Shown here: in pieces, positions 1 through 9,405 of the stretch
How positions within the stretch are numbered: the stretch's first letter is position 1
Layout: each line of letters begins with the position of its first letter
From: an uncultured delta proteobacterium
GTDB taxonomy: Bacteria > Desulfobacterota > Binatia > HRBIN30 > BPIQ01
Assembly (NCBI GenBank): GCA_963761335.1
Contig: CAVXGR010000007.1
Location: forward strand, 64,001-128,000
Direction: 5' to 3'
Length of the DNA stretch: 64,000 nucleotides
Translations under genes and position numbers: made by a program
The notes under the pieces: generated by a model
Databases searched by the model: none
Seen by the model: only the letters and a program-made list of their open reading frames with translations
Told to the model about the DNA's origin: nothing

Positions 1-1669
1 GCCGTTCGGCGATGGCGCGCGCCGTCGCCGGGTGATCCCCGGTGATCATCACCGGCGTGATTCCCGCCGAGCGACACATCGCCACCGCCTCGGCCGCCTC
101 CGGGCGCGGCGGATCGAGAAGGCCGACGAGCCCGAGGAAGATGAGGTCATCCTCGACGTCGGCGGTGTCGCCGGCGGCGCGCGAGCGCCGCGCCGCCGCC
201 ATCGCCAGCACGCGCAGACCCGCCGCCGCCATCTGCTCGGCCCGTTCGAGGAGCGCCGGACGATCGACGGCAACCTCGCCGCCCTGCCCGAGGGCGCGCC
301 CGCACTGGCGGAGCACCGCCTCGGGCGCTCCTTTGGTGAAGGCGACGACCGCATCGCCGTCGGCGTGAAGCGTGGTCATGAGCTTGCGCTGCGAGTCGAA
401 CGGAACCTCGCCGAGGCGCGGCATCGAAGCCTCGAGGGTCTCCTTGCCGCATCCGGCCTCCTCGGCCGCCGCGCACAGGGCGATCTCCGTTGGATCGCCG
501 CGGAGATGGCCGTCAGCGCCGCGGACCACGTCGTTGCTCAGCGCCAAGCCGCGATAGAGGAGCGGCCACTGCTGCGGCCCCATCCCTTCCGACCGCAGCT
601 CTTCGAGCTCGGCCCCGGCGAGGAGCTGCTCGACGCGCATGCGGTTCTCGGTCAGAGTGCCCGTTTTGTCGGAGCAGATGTAGGTCACCGAGCCGAGGGT
701 CTCCACCGCCGGCAGGCGCCGGACCAGGGCGTTCTCCGCCACCATGCGCCGCGCCCCGAGGGCCAGCGACACGGTGATCACCGCCGGTAGCGCCTCGGGA
801 ATGGCGGCCACCGCCAGGCTCACGGCGGTGAGGAACATGAGGACGGCATCTTCGCCGCGGGCGATTCCCATGGCGAAGACGATGGCGCAGATGAAGAGCG
901 CGCCGACGGCGAGGCGACGGCCGAAGCTGGCGAGGCGACGCTGCAGCGGTGTCCGGCCGTCGCCTGCCTCGCGCAGCAGCGTGGCGATGCGTCCGAGCTC
1001 GGTGCGCATGCCGGTGGCGATGACGATGCCGGTGCCGCGGCCGGCGGCGACGACACTGCCCTTGTAGGCCATGCAGGTGCGATCGCCGAGAGGCAGATCC
1101 CGCGCCTCGAGCGGCTCGGTCGACTTCGAAACCGGCACCGATTCTCCCGTCAGCGCCGCCTCGTCGATGTCGAGGCGAACCGCCTCGAGCAGTCGCAGGT
1201 CGGCGGGCACGATGTTGCCGGCGGCCAGCAGGACGATATCCCCGGGGACCAGGTCGGCGGCGGCGACGGTGCGTGGGGCGCCGTCGCGGTGCACACTCGC
1301 GGTCGGCGCCGCCATCCTCTTCAGCGCCGCCACGGCGCGCTCGGCGCGGTACTCCTGCACGAAGCCGATGACGCCGTTGAGAACCACGATCACGATGATG
1401 GCGACGGCGTCGATCACCTCGCCGACGGCGCCCGATATCGCCGCCGCCGCGATCAGCACGAGGATCATGAAGTCGGTGAACTGCCCGAGGAACATGCGCC
1501 ACGGCGGTCGCTGGCGCTGCTCGGCAATCTCGTTGGCGCCGTGCTGGCGCCGGCGGCGATCGACCTCGGCCGCGGAAAGACCGCAGCCCGGATCGACTTG
1601 CAGCTCCTCGATCACCTCCCCAATCGGAAGCGCGTGCCAGGGCGGGTCGGCTGCCATCGCCGCCATCAT
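1..1669 (-). CDS. Cation-transporting P-type ATPase (type IIA-like, Ca2+/cation); 3' end runs off the window
   Basis: Manual minus-strand translation from ATG 1669 (MMAAMAADPPWHALPIGEV...HGANEI). Contains DEAALTGES, PEALP, phosphorylation motif ICSDKTGTLTEN (about 645-680) and MITGDH (about 32-49). Absent from the ORF track because there is no stop in the window. Confidence 0.93.
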   Translation of the reverse strand, partial: MMAAMAADPPWHALPIGEVIEELQVDPGCGLSAAEVDRRRRQHGANEIAEQRQRPPWRMFLGQFTDFMILVLIAAAAISGAVGEVIDAVAIIVIVVLNGVIGFVQEYRAERAVAALKRMAAPTASVHRDGAPRTVAAADLVPGDIVLLAAGNIVPADLRLLEAVRLDIDEAALTGESVPVSKSTEPLEARDLPLGDRTCMAYKGSVVAAGRGTGIVIATGMRTELGRIATLLREAGDGRTPLQRRLASFGRRLAVGALFICAIVFAMGIARGEDAVLMFLTAVSLAVAAIPEALPAVITVSLALGARRMVAENALVRRLPAVETLGSVTYICSDKTGTLTENRMRVEQLLAGAELEELRSEGMGPQQWPLLYRGLALSNDVVRGADGHLRGDPTEIALCAAAEEAGCGKETLEASMPRLGEVPFDSQRKLMTTLHADGDAVVAFTKGAPEAVLRQCGRALGQGGEVAVDRPALLERAEQMAAAGLRVLAMAAARRSRAAGDTADVEDDLIFLGLVGLLDPPRPEAAEAVAMCRSAGITPVMITGDHPATARAIAER

Positions 1670-1681
1670 GCCGCAGACGCC

Positions 1682-1759
1682 GGGGACAGGCTACCTTTCG
1701 GCGGCGGACGGAGCTCCTGTTCTCCGACACCGCTTGCGCCGAAAAGTAGCCTGTCCCCG
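1682..1759. repeat. GGGGACAGGC-type palindromic intergenic repeat
   Basis: GGGGACAGGCTACCTTTCGG ... CCGAAAAGTAGCCTGTCCCC inverted pair. Related copies at about 8493-8519 and 18512-18655. Confidence 0.65.
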
Positions 1760-1862
1760 GCAGCGCAGGCCTCATCACCGCCGCGATAACCGCCGGGGGC
1801 CCTGCTTCTCACATGTGGGAAGGCCGCCGCGGGTTATCGACTCGACCTTGTCGCTTCCACCC

Positions 1863-1878
1863 TGGCAGGGTATTTGCG
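1863..1878 (+). promoter_or_regulatory. Putative sigma54 (-24/-12) promoter of the RND operon
   Basis: TGGCAGGGTATTTGCG matches TGGCAC-N5-TTGC spacing, about 40 bp upstream of GTG 1917. Confidence 0.5.
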
Positions 1879-1916
1879 CTCCCGGGGCCGAGACGGCTTG
1901 GCCCGGGGAGTCACGT

Positions 1917-4900
1917 GTGTCCACAGACAGCAACGGATCTTTCACTTCACGCATCGTCGAGGTCTTTCTCCGCGGCAATCTCTCGATCCTGCTGATCGCC
2001 GTGTCGCTGCTGCTCGGCGGCGTGGCCCTGTGGGTCACGCCGCGCGAGGAGGAGCCGCAGATCGTCGTGCCGCTGGCCGACGTCTTCGTCTCCGTCCCGG
2101 GGCTCGACGCCCCCGAGGTCGAGCGGCTCGTCTCCACCCGCCTCGAAAAGCTCCTCTACCAGATCGACGGCGTCGAGTACGTCTACTCCATGTCGCGTCC
2201 GGGCGCGGCGATCGTCACCGTGCGCTTCTACGTCGGCGAGAACCGCGAGAACTCGCTGGTGAAGATCTACAACAAGGTGCAGTCGAACATCGACAAGGTG
2301 CCCGCCGACGTGAAGGGCTGGGTGGTGAAGCCGGTGGAGATCGATGACGTCCCCATCGTCAACATCACTCTGTGGAGCCGCGACCCCAAGCGCTATGGGG
2401 CGTACGCCCTGCGCCGCCTCGCGGAGGAGCTCGAGATTCAGCTGCAGGCGGTGGAGAACACCAACGCCACCATGGTGATCGGAGGACCGCCGCGCCGCCT
2501 GCGCGTCGAGCTCGATCCGCAGGCGCTGGCGGCGCACCGCACGTCGCCGCTCGAGGTCGCCTGGGCACTCGGCGTCTCCAATGTTCAGGTCGATGCCGGC
2601 ACCTTCGACCAGGCGGACCAGCAGTTTCAGGTGGAGTCCGGACCGTTCTTCCGCAACGCCGAGGACATCAGCGGGGCGGTGGTCAACGTCGTCGACGGCG
2701 CCCCGGTATTCTTGAAGGACGTCGCCACCGTCATCGACGGGCCGGACGAGCGGACCACCTACACCTGGATGGGCTTCGGGCCAGCCGCCAGCACCGAGCG
2801 CCGCGAACTGGCGGGCAGCTTTCTGCTCCCTGCGGTGAACATCGCAGTCGCCAAGAAGAAAGGAACCAACGCCGTGTGGGTGGCCAACGCCGTCGAGGAG
2901 CGCCTGCACGAGCTCGCCGGCACCCTGCTTCCAGAGGGCGTCGAGTACGACATCACCCGCAATTACGGGGAGACCGCGAACGACAAGGTGAACGAGCTGG
3001 TCGAGGGGCTCTCGGTCGCCATCGTCATCGTCATCGGCCTGATCGCCCTCACCCTCGGCTGGCGCGAGTCGCTGATCATTGCCGTCGCCGTGCCCATCAC
3101 CTTCTCGCTGACGCTGATCGTCAACTATCTCCTCGGCTACACCATCAACCGCGTCACTCTCTTCGCCCTGACCCTCGCCCTCGGTCTGGTGGTCGACGAT
3201 CCGATCGTCGACGTCGAGAACATCTACCGGCACTTCAAGATGCGCCGCGAGCCGCCGCTGCAGGCGGTGCTCACGGCGGTGCAGGAGGTGCGGCCACCCA
3301 TCATCCTGGCGACCCTGGCGGTGATCGTCTCCTTCGTGCCGATGTTCTTCATCACCGGGATGATGGGTCCGTACATGCGGCCGATGGCGCTCAACGTGCC
3401 GCTGGCCATGCTGATGAGCCTGCTGGTGGCCTTCACCGTCACGCCGTGGATGACCTACCACGTGCTCAAGCGCGAGTACGGACGCACCGACGAAGAGCCG
3501 TGGGTGCTCGAGCGCAGCACCACCTACCGGCTCTACTGCGCCACGCTCGGACCGTTTCTCGAAAAGCGCTGGCGCGGCTGGACGCTGCTCGGCGTCATGA
3601 CCGTGCTCTTCGTCTTCGCGATGTGGCTGGGCGGAGCGCGCCTGGTGCCGCTCAAGATGCTGCCCTTCGACAACAAGCAGGAGTTCCAGATCGTCGTCGA
3701 CATGCCGGAGGGCACGACCCTGGAGCGCACCGACGCCGCCGCCCGCGACCTCGCCGATCTCCTGCGCCGGGCTCCCGAGGTGATCAACTTCCAGGTCTAC
3801 AGCGGCACCGCCTCGGCGATGGACTTCAACGGCCTGGTGCGCCACTACTACCTGCGCTCCGGCCCGGAGGTTGCCGACATCCGCGTCAATCTGGTGCACA
3901 AGGACCGCCGCCAGCAGCAATCGCACGAGATCGTTCTGCGCCTGCGGCACCAGATCGAGGCGGTGGCCAAGCGCTGGGACGCCAACGTGAAGATGGTGGA
4001 GACACCGCCCGGTCCGCCGGTGATCGCCACCATCACCGCCGAGATCTACGGCGACGCGGACGTCCCCTACAGCCGGCTGCAGCAGGGAGCGCTCGCGGTC
4101 GCCGAGCGCCTGCGCCGCGAGCCTCTGGTCGTGGACATCGACACCACCGTGGAAGCGGAGGAGATGAAGTGGGCGTTCGAGGTCGACAAGGAGAAGGCGG
4201 CGCTCTCGGGAATCTCCACCGAGGACATCGGACAGACACTGCAGCTGGCGCTGGCCGGAATGACGGCCGGACGCGTGCACGTGCCCGGTGAAGTGAACCC
4301 GCTGCTGATCGTTCTCCGCCTGCCGCGCGTCTCGCGCAGCTCGATCGAGGATCTGCGCGCCCTTTATCTCAAAGGGCGCCCCGGCTACGTCCAGGAGACC
4401 GATGCCGGCGGCCTGCGCGCCGCACCGATCCCGGTGGTGCAGCTCGGCGAGCTGGGAGAGTTCCACGAGGACACCCGGGATCAGACGATCTACCACAAGA
4501 ACCTGCAGAGGGTCGCCTACGTGTTCGCCGACACCGCCGGGCGCGCCCCCGCCGAGGCGATCATTGACGTGATGGCGGACCGCGTCGATCCCGTGGCTGC
4601 CGGCGTGGCGGCGGCCCCGCGGCCGCTCGCGGCACGCACGTACTTCAGCAACGGCGGGGCCGACCACTGGTCGATGCCCGCCGACACCGCCGCCGTGTGG
4701 AACGGCGAGGGCGAGTGGAAGGTCACCCTCGACGTCTTCCGCGATCTGGGCATCGCCTTCGCCGCCGCCTGCGTCGGCATCTACGTCTTGCTCGTCTACC
4801 AGACGAGCTCGTACTTCATGCCGCTCATCCTGATGATCTCCATACCGCTGACCATGATCGGCATCATGCCCGGGTTCTGGTTGCTGAACGCGATCGGCGC

Positions 4901-5294
4901 CGAGAACGTCGGTGGCTTTCCAAACCCCACGTTCTTCACGGCCACGGCGATGATCGGCATGATCGCCCTCTCGGGGATCGCCGTGCGCAACGCCATTCTG
5001 CTGATCGAGTTCGCCCACGAGCGTCTGCGCGCCGGCGACACTCTGAGCAGCGCCCTGCAGTCGTGTGGCGCCGTGCGACTGCGACCGATCTTCCTCACCG
5101 CCGGCACCGCACTGCTGGCGGCCTGGCCGATCACTCTGGATCCGATCTTCTCCGGCCTGGCCTGGGCGCTCATCTTCGGATTGTTCGTCTCCACTGCATT
5201 CACGCTGCTGGTGATCCCGGTCACCTACGATCTCGTCTATCGCAATCGCCCCGGCCACGGCGTGCCGGTGGCGGAAGAAGAGGCGCAGTCATGA
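1917..5294 (+). CDS. RND efflux transporter permease subunit (AcrB/CusA superfamily)
   Basis: TPREEEPQI, LGLVVDDPIVDVENI, RLRPIFLT motifs and two TM bundles. GTG start after GGGGAG; ORF track 1071..5294 trimmed. Confidence 0.93.
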   Translation: MSTDSNGSFTSRIVEVFLRGNLSILLIAVSLLLGGVALWVTPREEEPQIVVPLADVFVSVPGLDAPEVERLVSTRLEKLLYQIDGVEYVYSMSRPGAAIVTVRFYVGENRENSLVKIYNKVQSNIDKVPADVKGWVVKPVEIDDVPIVNITLWSRDPKRYGAYALRRLAEELEIQLQAVENTNATMVIGGPPRRLRVELDPQALAAHRTSPLEVAWALGVSNVQVDAGTFDQADQQFQVESGPFFRNAEDISGAVVNVVDGAPVFLKDVATVIDGPDERTTYTWMGFGPAASTERRELAGSFLLPAVNIAVAKKKGTNAVWVANAVEERLHELAGTLLPEGVEYDITRNYGETANDKVNELVEGLSVAIVIVIGLIALTLGWRESLIIAVAVPITFSLTLIVNYLLGYTINRVTLFALTLALGLVVDDPIVDVENIYRHFKMRREPPLQAVLTAVQEVRPPIILATLAVIVSFVPMFFITGMMGPYMRPMALNVPLAMLMSLLVAFTVTPWMTYHVLKREYGRTDEEPWVLERSTTYRLYCATLGPFLEKRWRGWTLLGVMTVLFVFAMWLGGARLVPLKMLPFDNKQEFQIVVDMPEGTTLERTDAAARDLADLLRRAPEVINFQVYSGTASAMDFNGLVRHYYLRSGPEVADIRVNLVHKDRRQQQSHEIVLRLRHQIEAVAKRWDANVKMVETPPGPPVIATITAEIYGDADVPYSRLQQGALAVAERLRREPLVVDIDTTVEAEEMKWAFEVDKEKAALSGISTEDIGQTLQLALAGMTAGRVHVPGEVNPLLIVLRLPRVSRSSIEDLRALYLKGRPGYVQETDAGGLRAAPIPVVQLGELGEFHEDTRDQTIYHKNLQRVAYVFADTAGRAPAEAIIDVMADRVDPVAAGVAAAPRPLAARTYFSNGGADHWSMPADTAAVWNGEGEWKVTLDVFRDLGIAFAAACVGIYVLLVYQTSSYFMPLILMISIPLTMIGIMPGFWLLNAIGAENVGGFPNPTFFTATAMIGMIALSGIAVRNAILLIEFAHERLRAGDTLSSALQSCGAVRLRPIFLTAGTALLAAWPITLDPIFSGLAWALIFGLFVSTAFTLLVIPVTYDLVYRNRPGHGVPVAEEEAQS

Positions 5295-6385
5295 GCGGAA
5301 AACGCTTTCTCCGCACGGCCGCCGAGGTCATCGCGGCGCTCGCGGCCATGGTCCTGCTGATCCTGTGGATGTCCGGCGTCTTCGGCCACAAGATCCCCCC
5401 GGGTGAGGTCGAGGCCGCCGAGGAGATGGCTCCGGCGAACGCGCCGACGGCATTGGTCGAGGAGGCCGAGGTCCCGGTCGTCGAGGAAGCGGCGGGCACA
5501 GTGCAGGCAGCGCGCAAGACGGTGGCATCGTCGCGCATCATGGCGACCATCCGCGACATCCTGGCGCACGCCGGCGATCAGGTGAAAGAAGGCGATGTGT
5601 TGATCACCCTCGACAGCCGCGAGCTGGAGGCGCGGGTCCAGGAAGCCGAGCGCGCTGTGCAGGGCGCGGAGGCGTCGCGGGCCAAGGCGGAGAGCGATTT
5701 TCGCCGCGCCAAGAGCCTGGTGGCCCGCGGCGTCGTCAGCCAGAGCGAGTACGATCAGGCCGCCGCCGCCTTCCACGTCGCCGACGCCGCCTACGAGAGC
5801 GCCCAGAAGGCGCTGCAGGGGGCACAGGTGGGGATGAGCTACGCCGAGATCCGCGCTCCGGTCACCGGCCGCATCATCGATCGCTTCGCCGACCCCGGAG
5901 ACACCGCGTTGCCGGGCAAACCGCTGCTGTCGCTGTACGATCCCACCGCCCTTCGCCTCGAGGTGCCGGTGCGCGAATCCCTGGTCGCGGGCCTGCATCT
6001 CGACGACCAGCTGCGCGTCCGCCTCGGCACCGACGAGGAGACCATCGAGGGGACCGTCGACGAGATCGTCCCGCAGGCAGAAGCCGGCTCCCGCACGTTT
6101 CTGGTGAAGGTCGGCCTGCCCAAGAGGCCGGGGATCTACACCGGCATGTTCGGCCGCCTCATCATTCCGGCCGGCAGCCGGCGGCGCGTCCTGGTGCCGC
6201 AGGCGGCGCTCGAGCGCGTCGGCCAGCTGCAGTTCGCCTACGTGGTCACCGAGCCGAATCGCCAGCTCGAGCGGCGTCTGGTCACCACCGGCCCCGCCGC
6301 CGGCGACAGCCGCGTCGAGGTGCTCAGCGGGCTGCGGCCGGGGGAGAAGGTGCTGCTGGGGAGTCCGGAAGAGAAGAGAATGTAA
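5291..6385 (+). CDS. RND efflux periplasmic adaptor (membrane fusion protein)
   Basis: N-terminal TM, lipoyl halves (AGDQVKEGDVL, IRAPVTGRI), VLSGLRPGEKV. ATGA overlap with the permease stop. Confidence 0.92.
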   Translation: MSGKRFLRTAAEVIAALAAMVLLILWMSGVFGHKIPPGEVEAAEEMAPANAPTALVEEAEVPVVEEAAGTVQAARKTVASSRIMATIRDILAHAGDQVKEGDVLITLDSRELEARVQEAERAVQGAEASRAKAESDFRRAKSLVARGVVSQSEYDQAAAAFHVADAAYESAQKALQGAQVGMSYAEIRAPVTGRIIDRFADPGDTALPGKPLLSLYDPTALRLEVPVRESLVAGLHLDDQLRVRLGTDEETIEGTVDEIVPQAEAGSRTFLVKVGLPKRPGIYTGMFGRLIIPAGSRRRVLVPQAALERVGQLQFAYVVTEPNRQLERRLVTTGPAAGDSRVEVLSGLRPGEKVLLGSPEEKRM

Positions 6386-6558
6386 AATGGAGAACCGGTG
6401 ACCGGTGATGGAGAACCGGCAAGCCGTGCAATGCGGCCGTGTACGTCAAGGACGCTTTCCTTGCGCTGCGCCGTGGCGCCGTTGCGTGAGTCTGAGTCCC
6501 CAGGAGCCTCGCGTTTACCGGTTCTCCATCACCGGTCACCGGTTCTCCATTCTACATT
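6379..6558. repeat. Inverted pair of the 41-bp heptamer-periodic repeat (copies 6379-6419 + and 6518-6558 -)
   Basis: AATGTAAAATGGAGAACCGGTGACCGGTGATGGAGAACCGG and its near-exact reverse complement. Confidence 0.9.
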
Positions 6559-6618
6559 CTCCGCCCTCCCCGCCCGCCCCCTTCTAATCCGCGGCGTTCT
6601 CCTTCATATTGCCGCGCC

Positions 6619-7983
6619 ATGTCCCAGGCGCACCTGCTAACGCTGCTGCAGACGATCAGCTCGTGGGTCTGGGGGCCGCCGCTGCTCGTTCTGCTGGTCG
6701 GCACCGGAATCTATCTGACCGCTCGGCTGCGTTTTCTGCAGCTCCGCCAGCTCGGGCACGCTCTCTACCTGGGGCTCATCGTCCGCCGCGAGCCCGGCGA
6801 CGAGCCGGGCGACATCTCGCACTTCCAGGCGCTGATGACGGCGCTGGCGGCGACCGTCGGCACCGGCAACATCGCCGGCGTCGCCACCGCCATCGCCACC
6901 GGCGGGCCCGGAGCCCTGTTCTGGATGTGGGTCACCGGTCTGGTCGGCATGGCGACCAAGTACGCCGAGGCGGTGCTGGCGGTGCGCTACCGCCGCCGCG
7001 ATGCGCTGGGCACGATGAGCGGCGGGCCGATGTACTACCTGAGCGACGGCCTCGGCCAGCCGTGGCTGGGGACGATCTTTGCCGTCTTCGCCTCGATCGC
7101 GGCCTTCGGTATCGGCAACATGGTGCAGTCGAACTCGGTCGCCGATGCCGCCACCGCCACCTTCGGCGTGCCGCCGCTGCTCACCGGAGTGCTCATGGCG
7201 GTGGCCACCGCCGCCGTCATCCTGGGTGGCGTGCGCAGCATCGGCCGCGTCGCCAGCGCCCTGGTGCCGGTCATGGTGATCTTTTACATGGCGGCCGCCG
7301 GCGTCATCCTCTTCATCCATGCTGATCGCATCGGGCCCGCCTTCGCCGCCATCATGAGTCATGCCTTCACGCCGACCGCGGCCACCGGCGGCTTCGCCGG
7401 CGCCACCGTCATGCTCGCCGTGCAGATGGGGGTGGCCCGCGGCGTCTTCTCCAACGAGTCGGGTCTCGGCAGCGCGCCGATCGCGGCGGCGGCGGCGCAG
7501 ACGCGCTATCCGGTGGCGCAGGCAATGGTGTCGATGACGCAGACGTTCATCGACACGCTGGTGGTGTGCACGGCCACCGGTCTGGTGCTGCTGGTGTCGG
7601 GCACCTGGAGCTCCGGCCAGACCGGAGCGCAGCTCACCACCATGGCCTTCAGCGAGGGTCTTCCCGGCACCGACGGAAACATCGTGGTCGCCGTCTCGCT
7701 CATCCTCTTCGCCTACACCACGCTGCTCGGCTGGAGCTACTACGGCGAGAAGTCCATCGAGTATCTCGCCGGCGAACGGGCGATTCCCTGGTACCGGGGG
7801 GTGTTCTGCTGCCTGGTGGCCGTGGGAGCCGTGGCCCGCCTGGATCTGGTGTGGACCTTCGCCGACGTCATGAACGGCCTGATGGCGGTCCCCAATCTCA
7901 TCGGGTTGCTCGGCCTCGCGGGAGTGGTGGTCGCGGAAACCAACACCTATCTTTCGCACCGCCGCCGCGGCAGAGACTTCTGA
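6619..7983 (+). CDS. Alanine/glycine:cation symporter (AGCS, AlsT-like)
   Basis: [45 protein letters not shown]. Confidence 0.95.
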   Translation: MSQAHLLTLLQTISSWVWGPPLLVLLVGTGIYLTARLRFLQLRQLGHALYLGLIVRREPGDEPGDISHFQALMTALAATVGTGNIAGVATAIATGGPGALFWMWVTGLVGMATKYAEAVLAVRYRRRDALGTMSGGPMYYLSDGLGQPWLGTIFAVFASIAAFGIGNMVQSNSVADAATATFGVPPLLTGVLMAVATAAVILGGVRSIGRVASALVPVMVIFYMAAAGVILFIHADRIGPAFAAIMSHAFTPTAATGGFAGATVMLAVQMGVARGVFSNESGLGSAPIAAAAAQTRYPVAQAMVSMTQTFIDTLVVCTATGLVLLVSGTWSSGQTGAQLTTMAFSEGLPGTDGNIVVAVSLILFAYTTLLGWSYYGEKSIEYLAGERAIPWYRGVFCCLVAVGAVARLDLVWTFADVMNGLMAVPNLIGLLGLAGVVVAETNTYLSHRRRGRDF

Positions 7984-8103
7984 GCCCAGCGGGCGATCCT
8001 TCCGGGGCTGGAAAAAAATCGCCCCCCTGGATTCAACCTTGCCGCGCCATTTGGCATTCTAACGGGAGAAGGAGAGAGCCAAAGGTGGTCGCGCAATGAA
8101 CCG

Positions 8104-8484
8104 ATGGGAGGAGCTGCACCGATACTGATCGTCGAGGACGAGCCGCACACGCGCGAGGCCTTCGCCGCTCTTCTCGAGCTGCAGGGGTACCAGGTCGTCG
8201 GCGCCGGTGACGGTCAGGAAGCCCTCGAGCAGCTCCGTTCCGGTCTGCGGCCCGGGCTGATCATCCTCGATCTGATGATGCCGCGCATGGACGGCTTTCA
8301 GTTCCGGCATCGGCAGATGCAGGACCCGGCGCTGGCGGAGATCCCGGTGATCATCTACTCGGCGCGTTTCGAGGGCCACGACCGCGCCGTGCTCCTCGGC
8401 GCCGTGTATCTCGAAAAGCCCTTCGACCTCGAGAAGCTCCTCGAGGTGGTGCACTCGTACTACCCCCTCCCGCAGCCGAACTGA
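8104..8484 (+). CDS. Single-domain response regulator (CheY-like receiver)
   Basis: ILIVEDE, IILDLMMPRMDG, YLEKPF. Confidence 0.9.
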   Translation: MGGAAPILIVEDEPHTREAFAALLELQGYQVVGAGDGQEALEQLRSGLRPGLIILDLMMPRMDGFQFRHRQMQDPALAEIPVIIYSARFEGHDRAVLLGAVYLEKPFDLEKLLEVVHSYYPLPQPN

Positions 8485-8546
8485 TCGGGCGCGGGGACAG
8501 GCTGCCGTTGCCTGTCCCCGCAGTGCCCGGCAAAGAGATCTGGACG

Positions 8547-9146
8547 TTCTCACCTGGGCGAGGTTCGCCCCGGAGGGGCGGTGGCGTGTAGCCCCGGGTG
8601 AAACCCGGGGAAAGTGCGCGGTCCGTCATACGCGCCCCGCCCGGGGGCGCGGGCAGATTTTCGTCGATGTCGCGTCTGTATGCCGATGATCACCGCTGGG
8701 TACGTGGGTAGGCTCATCGACGTGATTCACGCGGCCTCTACGCCTGCGCCCCTCCGGGGCGCTGATCTGGGCCAATCGGAATGCAGTCCCCGGGTGAACG
8801 AGGCTGTCTCAAAACCCTTGCAAGGTGACTTTCGCCGGCTCGCGGGCCCGGTAGAAGCGGCGTCTCGCCGCTTCGGAAAGCGCCGGGGCTCCGCCAGACC
8901 TTCACCCAACAGATTTTCGAAGCAGTGCGTCATGAGCCTTGCGGCTCGCCGGCAGACGATGAAAATGGACGGCGTCCTGATTCACTGATCAGACGCTTGC
9001 GATGATATTTCCGCGTCGCGGGGGCGGGTCTCCTCTCCCCGCATTCTTTTCGCGGGGAGAGGATCAAGGTGAGGGGTCCCTGTTCACTGAAAGCTCGTGA
9101 ATCTCCACGGCTTTCACAGAGATCGGCGCCCTCACCCTGACCCTCT
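8547..9146. repeat. Composite REP/MITE-like repeat cluster, left part (continues at 10863-10930 after the IS)
   Basis: GTAGCCCCGGGTGAAACCCGGGG, GTAGAAGCGGCGTCTCGCCGC and CCCTCACC..CCTCTCCC..GGGAGAGG palindromes. The block is homologous, in inverted orientation, to 18654-19302. Confidence 0.85.
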
Positions 9147-9169
9147 TCTATGACGGCTCTTGTCAAGTG

Positions 9170-9400
9170 GTCATGTACGCCCTCGCTCTGTTCTGGGCTC
9201 CGATCCGTCGGTGGCGAGTCTTCTATTCGTGCGCGTCCTCGTGTGGGGACGGTCACCAAGTTATCATTCGTCCCGTTGGATATTGCCGAGCGCTGCAAAA
9301 CTCCCGAACGTTGGCACCTTGCGGCGCAACCAGAGGGCCAGACGCAGTCGCTCGAGGGGACAGCCTGCCGGATGCGGAGCGGGTTGGTGGTCGATGAACA
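9170..9400 (-). ncRNA. Putative bridge/seek RNA in the 3' non-coding end of the IS1111 element (boundaries approximate)
   Basis: Two guide-hairpin-guide modules. Target-matching TGGCCCTCT (9332-9340) and CGGGAG (9301-9306) flank a GCAA-capped hairpin. Donor-matching TAACTT (9258-9263) and ATAGAAG (9220-9226) flank a second hairpin. Confidence 0.7.
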
Positions 9401-9405
9401 AGAGT

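Noticed and set aside
1947..5258. 1103-aa antisense ORF and similar long shadow ORFs (e.g. 50945-53266, 9160-10482, 25878-27317, 60278-62164)
   Set aside because: They lie opposite or out of frame to motif-supported genes and are expected from high GC3 codon bias; no recognisable motifs.
6324..6640. Small ORFs starting MTGDGEP or MMENR (also near 31.4, 35-36 and 39.5 kb)
   Set aside because: They are translations of the 41-bp repeat itself, not a protein family.
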